From Malacoraja senta (Eukaryota), in assembly GCA_038087875.1 (NCBI GenBank), contig CM076000.1:1054001-1118000 (forward strand): a stretch of DNA of 64,000 nt. The letters are read 5' to 3'. The position numbers and the translations under genes were made by a program. How positions within the stretch are numbered: the stretch's first letter is position 1; the number at the start of each line of letters is the position of its first letter. Under the pieces are notes generated by a model. That model was given only the letters and a program-made list of their open reading frames with translations. It was not told where the DNA came from and did no database searches. Below are positions 50,298 to 62,800 of the stretch, piece by piece.

Positions 50298-53200
50298 GAC
50301 TTGTATTTGTACAACATTCACTATATTAACCCTTCCTATGTAAGTGGCTGCAGCAGAAAATAATTAACGGTGAAAGAAAAGGGACTGATGTACAGATGAG
50401 TATTTTGTGTAATTTGATAACACAAAGCTTAAGTGATTTCTATTTAGAGGGGTGGGTAATTCCAGAAAGCAGCAATGGGATTAATAGATCATCCTTGGTG
50501 GTGGAGTTCAAGTAATGGAATGAACAATGTTTGCATAGTCAGAGAAGTGGAGGATGCAGCATGGAACATGTTACTGAAGAGTGCCAATGAGGTAGGCTGG
50601 GGTTAATCATCTTCATCTCAGAAAAGGTTAATTTAGTGAATGCTATTCAAATACAAGTCATCATCAAAGGTGTACAGTGACATGTTAACAATGTGCAGCA
50701 AGAAAATTTAATCTCAGCCAACATTCAATTAACTGATAGCTCTGGGGTTGATGCTGCTACCAATGTCTTTAGGATTGAAGAATCAATAAATAGATAACTG
50801 AGAATTACAAATATATCAGTAGAAGCTGACCTTGATATTGAAAATAATACAGACATATTACAAAAAACAGTGAACTTTCACAAGGAAACAATTGGATATC
50901 TAATATACAAAAATAGTACATGAAGATCTGATGGCCTGATGTTGGTCTTCCTGATGCCTGGGCAGCAGTAATTTTCCAGTTTCTGCCAAGAGGATGAGAA
51001 AGTTCGGGGCCAATGAAAGTCATTCCACCATCCATATAGAGATTCAAATTGTCCACGAAGAAGTGAACTTGGATCTGTAACTCGAATGGCAATGAAGCAG
51101 GAGTCGATATTTGCGCCTTCTTGATCTTAGATATGCTGGTTTGGCCATCTATGTTCACACCAGATGAAACTCGGAGTGAACCGTTCTGCAAGACAATATC
51201 CCTCTCTGCTTGCTCCCGCCCCTTTTCTCCTCCTTTTGATGACTCCTGTTTAAAGAGAACAGACAGGGAGGTGAATAGGGACAAACCAGATTGGTAGTCA
51301 AGTGTTTTCTTGAACATTCATTGAATGTTCAGGCGTGGCGATTTTCTGCCTATTATTCTTAAAGGTTTCAATCTTGTTCTAATAGTTACATCTCGATTAA
51401 TCAGTCAGATTGGAGCAGTCAACCTCAATTTAAATTTCAAAATGCAACCAAAGGTGTGCTTCTTTTCCTGTTATTTATTGAAATGACTGAAGGATATTAT
51501 TGATCAATGAATTGTAATATATTTTACCATTCCCTTGTTTGGTTAGAACATTTTTCTGGAAGTCAGTACTTAACCCACACTCGTATCTAAAAGATTTTCC
51601 ATCTATGATGGCTCTCAGAGGAGCCATTTATGAACATTGTCTTATGGTCATTTCAAGTTATATTAGGTTCCTAGAATATCCATTAACTTTCCATGGTTCA
51701 TCTCCTGCTAAGCTCAGCTTTTCTTGCTGATGCAACATCTGTATAGTATTATCCTGAGAACACCTCATGATGTCTCTTGTTTGGTCGGGGAATGGGATTT
51801 GTGGGAATGGTCTAAGAGCCAGCAAAGACCCGATAGCTGAGTGGCATTTTCCTGTATTATAAGGGTATCTAAATATATAGAATATGAAAATTAAGGTCAA
51901 ATCATGATAAAGAGGTTGTTTAAAAGATCAGCAGAGATGTTCCTGGGTTAAATGTTGCAAAGTTAGCCTTTCCTTTCAACCTAAGATGGCTCCTACCTGC
52001 GGCGACATTTTGCCAGCGGCACAACAGAAAATCTTCAAATATAGTATTTCTGAGTTCACCTGTATCAAAGAATCTTCAGAAATCAATGATGTAAATAGCG
52101 AGCTGCTAACGCATTTAAATGCATTAGCGCTACTGCGAACTCCCGAAGATAGCGACTGTAAGGGAATCCCCGATTGGAGGGGAATCCCCGACCTCGCGGA
52201 GGCGCGCAGGTACAATAAGTACTCAACCTGTAAACACCGGGGAGGCCTTCAGCACCAGAGGATCAAGCACCCTTGACCACTGCTACACGACCATCAAAGA
52301 CGCCTATCGCTCTATCCTTCGCCCTCACTTCGGAAAATCCAACCATTCAGCGGTGTTGCTTCTTCCTGCATATAGGCAGCAACTGAAGAAAGCACCCCCA
52401 GAGGTGAGGACTGTACAGAGCTGGTCGGGGGGGAGGGGGTGGGGGGGCAGAGGAACAACTCCAGGACTGCTTGGAGTCTGTAGACTTGGCAATGTTCAGG
52501 AACTCGGCAACAGACTTCATAAGGAACAAAAATCTTCTGAGTGTTTCCTAACCAGAAGCCTTAGATGAGCCATGAGATCCGCATTCTTCTGAAGACCAGA
52601 TCCCGGGCATTCAGGTCTGGCGATGCAGAGATCTATAAGAAGTCCAGAAACGACCTTGGTAATGCCATCAAAAAGGCCAAAAGGGACTTCTGCTCTAAGC
52701 TGGAGGATGAGACGGATGTTCGGCAACTGTGGCAGGGCTTGAATGCCATCACCTCCTACAAGGCGAAATCAGGAGGCGGCTCAAACGACAGTGAAGCATC
52801 ACTCCCTGACGAGCTCAACGCGTTCTACGTATGGATCGATAGGGAGAACACTGATGTGCCTTCCCGAGCCCCTATGCGCCCTGACGGTGTAAAGGCTCTG
52901 TCTTACCTGTTTGCGGTCATCGGCGGTGAAGCGCGGCATCGCCGGTAGCGAGGACCGCGCGGCAACGGCGAGAGCGTCGAGCCTATCCACCGGAGCGCCG
53001 CACGGATGCTGCGCGGGGGCCGAGTTAATTCAAACACGGCGGGTCCCACGTGCTTGCGGTAAGTAAAAAAAGGGCGGGCCGACTGCGATGACGTCGGCCC
53101 GCCGCACGTGACTCACCAGCGGCGGCTGTGGCGGCGGCCATCCTGATCGCGGCGCTGTAGCGGTGGCTGTGCCTGCGGCCGTGCAGCACACGTGCCTCAC

Positions 53201-56111
53201 TGGCGACTTGTATTTGTACAACATTCACTATATTAACCCTTCCTATGTAAGTGGCTGCAGCAGAAAATAATTAACGGTGAAAGAAAAGGGACTGATGTAC
53301 AGATGAGTATTTTGTGTAATTTGATAACACAAAGCTTAAGTGATTTCTATTTAGAGGGGTGGGTAATTCCAGAAAGCAGCAATGGGATTAATAGATCATC
53401 CTTGGTGGTGGAGTTCAAGTAATGGAATGAACAATGTTTGCATAGTCAGAGAAGTGGAGGATGCAGCATGGAACATGTTACTGAAGAGTGCCAATGAGGT
53501 AGGCTGGGGTTAATCATCTTCATCTCAGAAAAGGTTAATTTAGTGAATGCTATTCAAATACAAGTCATCATCAAAGGTGTACAGTGACATGTTAACAATG
53601 TGCAGCAAGAAAATTTAATCTCAGCCAACATTCAATTAACTGATAGCTCTGGGGTTGATGCTGCTACCAATGTCTTTAGGATTGAAGAATCAATAAATAG
53701 ATAACTGAGAATTACAAATATATCAGTAGAAGCTGACCTTGATATTGAAAATAATACAGACATATTACAAAAAACAGTGAACTTTCACAAGGAAACAATT
53801 GGATATCTAATATACAAAAATAGTACATGAAGATCTGATGGCCTGATGTTGGTCTTCCTGATGCCTGGGCAGCAGTAATTTTCCAGTTTCTGCCAAGAGG
53901 ATGAGAAAGTTCGGGGCCAATGAAAGTCATTCCACCATCCATATAGAGATTCAAATTGTCCACGAAGAAGTGAACTTGGATCTGTAACTCGAATGGCAAT
54001 GAAGCAGGAGTCGATATTTGCGCCTTCTTGATCTTAGATATGCTGGTTTGGCCATCTATGTTCACACCAGATGAAACTCGGAGTGAACCGTTCTGCAAGA
54101 CAATATCCCTCTCTGCTTGCTCCCGCCCCTTTTCTCCTCCTTTTGATGACTCCTGTTTAAAGAGAACAGACAGGGAGGTGAATAGGGACAAACCAGATTG
54201 GTAGTCAAGTGTTTTCTTGAACATTCATTGAATGTTCAGGCGTGGCGATTTTCTGCCTATTATTCTTAAAGGTTTCAATCTTGTTCTAATAGTTACATCT
54301 CGATTAATCAGTCAGATTGGAGCAGTCAACCTCAATTTAAATTTCAAAATGCAACCAAAGGTGTGCTTCTTTTCCTGTTATTTATTGAAATGACTGAAGG
54401 ATATTATTGATCAATGAATTGTAATATATTTTACCATTCCCTTGTTTGGTTAGAACATTTTTCTGGAAGTCAGTACTTAACCCACACTCGTATCTAAAAG
54501 ATTTTCCATCTATGATGGCTCTCAGAGGAGCCATTTATGAACATTGTCTTATGGTCATTTCAAGTTATATTAGGTTCCTAGAATATCCATTAACTTTCCA
54601 TGGTTCATCTCCTGCTAAGCTCAGCTTTTCTTGCTGATGCAACATCTGTATAGTATTATCCTGAGAACACCTCATGATGTCTCTTGTTTGGTCGGGGAAT
54701 GGGATTTGTGGGAATGGTCTAAGAGCCAGCAAAGACCCGATAGCTGAGTGGCATTTTCCTGTATTATAAGGGTATCTAAATATATAGAATATGAAAATTA
54801 AGGTCAAATCATGATAAAGAGGTTGTTTAAAAGATCAGCAGAGATGTTCCTGGGTTAAATGTTGCAAAGTTAGCCTTTCCTTTCAACCTAAGATGGCTCC
54901 TACCTGCGGCGACATTTTGCCAGCGGCACAACAGAAAATCTTCAAATATAGTATTTCTGAGTTCACCTGTATCAAAGAATCTTCAGAAATCAATGATGTA
55001 AATAGCGAGCTGCTAACGCATTTAAATGCATTAGCGCTACTGCGAACTCCCGAAGATAGCGACTGTAAGGGAATCCCCGATTGGAGGGGAATCCCCGACC
55101 TCGCGGAGGCGCGCAGGTACAATAAGTACTCAACCTGTAAACACCGGGGAGGCCTTCAGCACCAGAGGATCAAGCACCCTTGACCACTGCTACACGACCA
55201 TCAAAGACGCCTATCGCTCTATCCTTCGCCCTCACTTCGGAAAATCCAACCATTCAGCGGTGTTGCTTCTTCCTGCATATAGGCAGCAACTGAAGAAAGC
55301 ACCCCCAGAGGTGAGGACTGTACAGAGCTGGTCGGGGGGGAGGGGGTGGGGGGGCAGAGGAACAACTCCAGGACTGCTTGGAGTCTGTAGACTTGGCAAT
55401 GTTCAGGAACTCGGCAACAGACTTCATAAGGAACAAAAATCTTCTGAGTGTTTCCTAACCAGAAGCCTTAGATGAGCCATGAGATCCGCATTCTTCTGAA
55501 GACCAGATCCCGGGCATTCAGGTCTGGCGATGCAGAGATCTATAAGAAGTCCAGAAACGACCTTGGTAATGCCATCAAAAAGGCCAAAAGGGACTTCTGC
55601 TCTAAGCTGGAGGATGAGACGGATGTTCGGCAACTGTGGCAGGGCTTGAATGCCATCACCTCCTACAAGGCGAAATCAGGAGGCGGCTCAAACGACAGTG
55701 AAGCATCACTCCCTGACGAGCTCAACGCGTTCTACGTATGGATCGATAGGGAGAACACTGATGTGCCTTCCCGAGCCCCTATGCGCCCTGACGGTGTAAA
55801 GGCTCTGTCTTACCTGTTTGCGGTCATCGGCGGTGAAGCGCGGCATCGCCGGTAGCGAGGACCGCGCGGCAACGGCGAGAGCGTCGAGCCTATCCACCGG
55901 AGCGCCGCACGGATGCTGCGCGGGGGCCGAGTTAATTCAAACACGGCGGGTCCCACGTGCTTGCGGTAAGTAAAAAAAGGGCGGGCCGACTGCGATGACG
56001 TCGGCCCGCCGCACGTGACTCACCAGCGGCGGCTGTGGCGGCGGCCATCCTGATCGCGGCGCTGTAGCGGTGGCTGTGCCTGCGGCCGTGCAGCACACGT
56101 GCCTCACTGGC
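50298..56111 (+). repeat. Perfect 2,907-bp tandem duplication (50298-53204 / 53205-56111) in intron 6
   Basis: The ORF track repeats identically at offset 2907; junction CACTGGC|GACTTGTATTTG. Confidence 0.97.
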
Positions 56112-57995
56112 GGCGGCACGTGCGTCACTGGCGGAGGCTGTGCCAGTGGAGGTTTGACGCACGGCGCTCGAGCCATACTGGCGGCGGCCCGTGCGAGCGG
56201 CCATGCGCACTCGTGCATCACTGGTGGAGGTTGTGCAGTGAGTATTTTGTTTTGGACATTGTCGTTTTTATTTTAGCACCGCGCGGTGTTGGGAACACCG
56301 CCGCACGGCCCGGGAATTGTACTTTCTCACGAGTGCGCGGTCTATGGCGGCAGATTCCTCCCGTTTCGTCGCCATAGACCGCAGACTCGTGAGACAGGCC
56401 TTTAACAGTCACAGTCACAGTCACAGAGGCCGACGTCAGAAGATCCTTCAGGGGGGTGAACCCTCGGAAAGCGCCTGGACCTGATGGTATACCTGGTCGA
56501 GTTCTCAAGACCTGTGCAAACCAACTGGCGGGAGTTTTTGCAGACATTTTCAACCTCTCACTTCTGAGGTCTGAGGTTCCCACCTGCTTCAAGAGGGCAT
56601 CAATAATACCAGTGCCCAAGAAGAGTAAGGTGACGTGCCTCAATGACTATCGACCAGTGGCATTAACGTCTGTAGTGATGAAGTGCTTTGAGAGGTTGGT
56701 TATGGTGCACATCAAGTTCTACCTCGACAAGAATCTCGACCAACTACAGTTCGCATACCGCCACAACAGGTCAACGGTAGATGTCATTTCACTGGCTCTC
56801 CACTCCACACTGGACCACTTGGACAATAAAAACACCTACGTCAGGCTGTTGTTTTTAGACTACAGCTCGGCGTTTAATACCATCATCCCTTCCAAGCTGG
56901 TTACCAAGCTCATGGAACTGGGCCTCTACGCATGCCTCTGCATTTGGATCCTCGACTTCCTCATCCACAGACCACAGTCTGTTCGAATTGGAGGAACCAC
57001 TTCATCCTCAGTAACAATTAGTACGGGAGCACCTCAAGGCTGCGTGCTCAGCCCCCTGCTTTACTCACTCTATACCTATGACTGCGTAGCCGGTCATAGT
57101 GCAAACTCCATCATCAAGTTCGCCGATGACACCACTGTGGTTGGACGAATCACAGATGGGGACGAGTCAGAGTATAGAAGTGAGATTGACCGACTGACCA
57201 AATGGTGCCAGCACAACAACCTGGCTCTCAACATTAGTAAGACCAAGGAACTGATTGTGGACTTTAGTAGGGGAAGGATGAGGACCCACAATCCTATTTA
57301 TATCAACGGGACGATGGTGGAGAGGGTCAATAACTTCAAATTCCTGAGCGTGCATATATCAGAAGATCTTTCCTGGACCCAGCACACCGATGCAATTGTA
57401 AAGAAGGCACATCAGCGACTCTACTTCCTGAGAAGATTATGGAGATTCGGCATGTCGTAGAGGATTCTCCTAAACTTCTACAGGTGCACGGTAGAGAGCA
57501 TTCTGACTGGTTGCATCGTGGCCTGGTTCAGCAACTTGAACGTCCAGGAGTGAAAAGGACTACAAGAAGTTGTGACCACTGCCCAGTCCATCACCGGCTC
57601 TGATCTCCCCACCGTTGAAGGGATCTATCGCAGTCGCTGCCTCAAAACGGCAGCCAAAATCTTCAAGGACCCACACCATCCTGGCCACACACTTATCTCA
57701 CCACTGCCATCAGGAAGAAGGTACAGGAGTCTGAAAACTGTAACATCCAGGTTCAGGAACAGCTACTTCCCCACAGCCATCAGGCTATTAAACACAACGA
57801 ATAAGCTATGAGCTCTGAACTGCAAAAGACGATATTATTATTTGTTATTTGCACTATATTTGTTATTTATTGAACTTTCTATTTTATTTCCCGTTATATA
57901 CAATGTTTACATATTCACATATTCTGTTGTGCTGCAGGAAGTAAGAATGTCATTGTCCCGTCCGGAACATATGACAATAAAACACTCTTGACTTA
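54884..57995 (+). mobile_element. Rex1/Babar-like non-LTR retrotransposon, internally deleted and interrupted by a MITE; its 5' part is also duplicated at 51977-52890
   Basis: RT ORF 56456-57460: [71 protein letters not shown]-terminal LPSGRRYRS; tail CAATAAAACACTCTTGACT. Confidence 0.88.
55800..56402. mobile_element. PIF/Harbinger-like GC-rich MITE inserted in the LINE; truncated copy at 52893-53204
   Basis: Imperfect TIRs AGGCTCTGTCTTACCTGTTTGCGGTC / GACCGCAGACTCGTGAGACAGGCCT with TAA/TTA flanks; LINE coding sequence resumes immediately after. Confidence 0.7.
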
Positions 57996-58357
57996 ACTCT
58001 TGAGTGGGGATTAGAAACCAAAGATAACTTAAAACATTGACCCATTTCAGTGAGACGAAAATAGAACCCAGTCCTCAGCTATTCCAGGCAGAATGGCAGG
58101 GATAGCTTCAGGCATGACCCTAAGGCCATTACTTAAAGAAGGTGATGTCGCACCTGGCTGGAGCTGAGAGTATGTGATACATTGGGTGGATACCTTGTGA
58201 AAGCAAATTCTATTGGAAATCGCCATTCCAGCCCAGGTTCTCCCTCCACCAGAAATGATTGGCTCACACTGTCGTCAGGCTATTAAACAATAATTTAGGA
58301 CCTAGAAAATGCATTTGTGTAATTTGGATTTGATTATAATTTTTCTTTACTTTAAAG

Positions 58358-58471
58358 CTGAGAACTACTTTGAGTTTTCTTGTCATCTTCTACGAGGGAC
58401 ATTAGACCCAAAGGAACCTCCAACCTATGAATATTTAAGATTTGTGGGAAACTTTCAGTCGTATGACAACG
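58358..58471 (+). CDS. NPAS2: NPAS2 exon 7
   Basis: tttaaag|CT...AACG|gtaagt, 114 nt; [38 protein letters not shown]. Confidence 0.95.
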
Positions 58472-59799
58472 GTAAGTGTTGGGAGTTGCCCACAATTGGT
58501 ATGGATCAGAATATAATTTCATCCAAAAAAAGCACAGAAATTGTGCACAAAAAAACATAGACATTGTGCACAAAAACAGAGGTTTAATCATTAGCACTAA
58601 AAAATAAAATTAATTAGCAATAATTAACCCATTAAACTAAATAATTTAGATTTGTGATTCTGCTCTAGGAAGTTTTGCAATGAACAAAATCAAAATTTCC
58701 TTGACATGTCTTACTGTGAGCTAAGGCTGAATGTAGGCACTAATAACGTGTACAGGACATAGATAATTAAAGCATGCAGAAAAGCATTTAGTTTATTTTC
58801 TTTCAACAAATATTGGATGTTGGAAAATCAAAATATTTGACATTATGTGTATAATAAGACCAGTTCTTATGAATGTAAACTGTGTAATAGTGATATGAAG
58901 ATAGGAATTTTAAAACAAAATGTGCATCACAAATAGATGGATTTCATTGGAATGAGCAGAAAATCTAGCTGAATACAAATGCACATCACCATATATTTCA
59001 AGCTGCAGTGAAAGCAACCAACAAAAATCTTTAATCAACCATGTACCATTTTCAAAACAAATACTTTAGATTTGATTCAATACAAAATAAATATAACCAG
59101 GTACGAGAGAGAAATATAAAATAAAACTTTTGAAATATTCAAGAAGCTGGAACTTTTGTGGAAAGACTTGTATTTTCTTTCTTTCTTGCCTCCTATAGCT
59201 AATGATTCGTGTTTGGAACCCATCCATAGATTTTGGGATACTTTGGATATGGCTCTTTTTTTAGGTGTGAGCTCATACACTAACGGTGGCAGGATGGTCA
59301 CTCTGGGAGGCATCACTGTGATTGCTTAATTCTGCCCACATCCACATGTATCTTTTTTTCTAGAATGTTCACAAGATAATGATCAGGAGAAGACATTTTT
59401 GATCCTTTATTTTCTGCCTCCATAGCCTAGAGAATGTCAAAGCCTTTTGCCCTAGGCTCTAGTAGAAACCAGATTAGGTATCCTTTTCTGCAGAAGAATT
59501 TGCAAACGTTTCTTTCCTAATAAATAATCTGTCTCTGTCTAATAAAGTGCATTCAGGATTATAGGTTAACAATTAATCCAATTTTTCTACCAAGTTTAAA
59601 ACTACTGTAACTTTAAAGATATTGGAATGCCATAAAAATCTATCCAATCAATGTTCCTTAGAGATGCATATATTTTGATGCAAATTATTATCTACTGTTT
59701 CATAGTAAAGTCGCTGAATGGATCATGTTGAGAAATGGTTCATGTAATTATGATATAATCCATAGGTGGAAATGTTCACTTTTCTATTTTTCATTTTAG

Positions 59800-59918
59800 T
59801 GCCCAGCTCCTCTTGTAAGGGTTTTGATGCTGGTGTACAAAGAACATTTCAACCAACGCCTGCTATACAAATGTGTTTTGTAGCAACTGTTCGTTTAGCA
59901 ACACCTCAGTTCATAAAG
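59800..59918 (+). CDS. NPAS2: NPAS2 exon 8
   Basis: ttttag|TG...AAG|gtgagt, 119 nt; [40 protein letters not shown]. Confidence 0.95.
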
Positions 59919-60210
59919 GTGAGTCCATCTAGGGAATGAAATTGGACAGCACCAGCCTGCCAAGGATTATTCTCTGAACTGGAACGGATGTGTTTGAAGG
60001 ATCATGGAAGAACCAGAACCATGTGTATGTGTCTGAATATAGATGGGAGAGTGGTATATAGTGTAGGGAAGGATGCTTTTGGCATTTTGGATTTCATGGA
60101 GAATTATCAGTGATTTAAGTAATAGAATAATAAAGTCTGAACATGACAAAAGCATCAATAATAAATTGTTAGTTTAAAAGTGAATTGAACCACATGGAAC
60201 CATTCTCATG

Positions 60211-60336
60211 TGAAGAAGGGTTTTTACCCAAAACGTTGCCTATTTCCTTCACTCCATAGATGCTGCCTCACCCGCTGAGTTTCTCCAGCATTTTTGTCTA
60301 CCTTCGATTTTCCAGCATCTGCAGTTCCTTCTTAAA
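60211..60336 (+). mobile_element. Short Penelope-derived retroposon, degenerate core
   Basis: Same family; direct repeat CTCATGTG at 60205-60212 and 60337-60344. Other copies at 29728-29800 and 63397-63525. Confidence 0.78.
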
Positions 60337-60431
60337 CTCATGTGCTATATTATTTCTGCAAGACATTTAAGTAGTCAGCTTCTCCTCTGAATGTCTTGAA
60401 GAACATCTGTTGAGCATTGTTTTTCTTATGT

Positions 60432-61080
60432 CTCTCTGCTTGCTCCCGCCCCTTCTCTCCTCCTTTTGATGACTCCTGTTTAAAGAGAACAGACAGGGAG
60501 GTGAATAGGGACAAACCAGATTGGTAGTCAAGTGTTTTCTTGAACATTCATTGAATGTTCAGGCGTGGCGATTTTCTGCCTATTATTCTTAAAGGTTTCA
60601 ATCTTGTTCTAATAGTTACATCTCGATTAATCAGTCAGATTGGAGCAGTCAACCTCAATTTAAATTTCATAATGCAACCAAAGGTGTGCTTCTTTTCCTG
60701 TTATTTATTGAAATGACTGAAGGATATTATTGATCAATGAATTGTAATATATTTTACCATTCCCTTGTTTGGTTAGAACATTTTTCTGGAAGTCAGTACT
60801 TAACCCACACTCGTATCTAAAAGATTTCCCATCTATGATGGCTCTCAGAGGAGCCATTTATGAACATTGTCTTATGGTCATTTCAAGTTATATTAGGTTC
60901 CTAGAATATCCATTAACTTTCCATGGTTCATCTCCTGCTAAGCTCAGCTTTTCTTGCTGATGCAACATCTGTATAGTATTATCCTGAGAACACCTCATGA
61001 TGTCTCTTGTTTGGTCGGGGAATGGGATTTGTGGGAATGGTCTAAGAGCCAGCAAAGACCCGATAGCTGAGTGGCATTTT
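60432..61080 (+). repeat. 649-bp dispersed duplicate of 51202-51850 and 54109-54757
   Basis: Direct comparison; only about 3 substitutions seen. Confidence 0.95.
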
Positions 61081-61235
61081 TAATGTCTAAGTAGTGTCAC
61101 AAAACAGATGCAATGCAGCAATTCATTATATATCATTGTATCATTTGTAGATTATTTTGAAAATTGGAAAGGATGTTGAAAAGTTGAAAATGTGCAACTT
61201 TTAACTGTATTTACTATACTTTATTCGTAAAACAG

Positions 61236-61318
61236 GAGATGTGCATTATTGAAGAACCTTCAGAAGAATTTTCTTCTCGGCATAGCTTAGAGTGGAAATT
61301 TTTATTTCTAGACCACAG
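61236..61318 (+). CDS. NPAS2: NPAS2 exon 9, start of PAS-B
   Basis: aacag|GAG...CACAG|gttagt, 83 nt; [28 protein letters not shown]. Confidence 0.95.
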
Positions 61319-62439
61319 GTTAGTAAGAATTATTTTATATTTATGATGACTGAGGTGGGATTAATTTATTTTATTACAGCCCAAAAAATAGACCTGGAAA
61401 CAATTTGTTTTGTATTCCTGGAAGGAAAAGTAACATTATTAATATCCTTGTTGAGGAAATTTTATTTCTTTTGCATGTTTACATATCACTGAATACCAAA
61501 GTGAAATATGATTTACAATGTTGTTACAGAATGATAAATGTTAAAAGGCTTGCAGGCACAAAGAGACTGGGGCTATTGATCACAAGTCTTTGAAGGCAGG
61601 ATGTTAATGTTGTCCTTGGCTTTTAAAGGAAAGGCGTAGAGTGCATAATTAAGAAAAGTATGCTGAATCTTCATTAATTTATGGTTAGGCTTAGGCTGGT
61701 GTATTGTGCCCATTTTTTGTTTCTTCACTTTAGGAAGAATGTTAAGACCAGAGGACGAGTGCATAGGAAATTCTCGAAAATGGTACCAGAAATGATGGAC
61801 TAGGAAAGTTAGGACTATTAATTTGTGTTGTAAAGGGAGATTTAGTAAGGAGCTCAAAATTATGAAGAAATTTGATAAGACTAAGTTGGGAGAAACAGTT
61901 TCAAGTGGTCAAAAAATTGTCTTCCTCTGGGTGAAGAATTTTCTACACATTCTTTTCCATTCAGGTTGACTTCTCATTTTGAAACACTGACATGTATCTT
62001 GTCTCTCGTCCAATAAGAATGTCGTCATTTTCAATGTGGTAACCTCATTCTTGAAAAACGATGCTAGAAAAATTCAGAAGATAGGGCAGCATCCTTTGGA
62101 GAGAAAAAATAAATTGTAGTAAACAACTTATAATTAAATGTGGCTGGAAATCCAGACCATTGAATAGATATTATATGCTTCATCCACCAACATTTCAAAA
62201 ATGTTTATGTACATTTAAAAGCTATTATTATGTGATCAATAAAATATATTGTAGGTAATTCCAGCTAATTCCTGTGTGAATGTAATGTATAAAAATGGAC
62301 AATTTCTGTTTAATTACAGTTTGTTTTTACAAAAAAAGCATTTTGAGTAGCTAAAGGCCTAATTAAATATGTTTGTTCTCTGCTGCATAAAAAATGTCAC
62401 AAACAAATTATTAAACTTTTAAAATATATTGGATAGTCT

Positions 62440-62800
62440 CAGGTCTGCCAACATTGGGTGAGAGTTGAGAGTGAGAAATTGCAAGGGAGTGTAGCGACCG
62501 AGGAGAGGAGAGGAGAGGAGAGGAGGGTGTGGGAGGGGGGTGTCCCCCCTCCCACGGTAGGGAGCTTTTGCATTTTTCAGCTTGAAATTGTGCAATCTGG
62601 TGCATATTGTAGCGAGTCTTTTAACTTACACTTGAATGCAACATTTATGCTTCAAATTGGAATAGGTATGAATAAGGTTAGGCTAAATTACATTCCTAAT
62701 TACATTCCACAGTAGAGCCAGGCTCTAATCAACAGGTGCAGCACATGAATGACCTTAGTATATTCATATATGGAAATCAGATTATAATTCATGCTATACA
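62440..62800. mobile_element. Probable hAT-like non-autonomous element fragment
   Basis: Begins CAGGTCTGCCAAC, with internal palindrome GTGGGAGGGGGGTGTCCCCCCTCCCAC; second TIR not found. Confidence 0.4.

Larger units (their letters stand above)
16416..61318 (+). other. NPAS2: NPAS2 (neuronal PAS domain protein 2, CLOCK family) gene, 5' part; continues beyond the window
   Basis: Eight exons with GT-AG sites and compatible phases give bHLH, PAS-A and the start of PAS-B. NPAS2-type residues: [66 protein letters not shown]. The start coordinate assumes the putative exon 1. Confidence 0.88.

Noticed and set aside
50805..51317. 170-aa minus-strand ORF (repeated at 53712-54224, partially at 60350-60547) as a novel multicopy gene
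   Set aside because: It recurs only because the DNA is duplicated, it crosses the 649-bp segment boundary, and it has no recognisable domain.
40890..61318. Calling the gene CLOCK
   Set aside because: More diagnostic segments match NPAS2 (Met at [38 protein letters not shown]); phylogeny is still needed for certainty.
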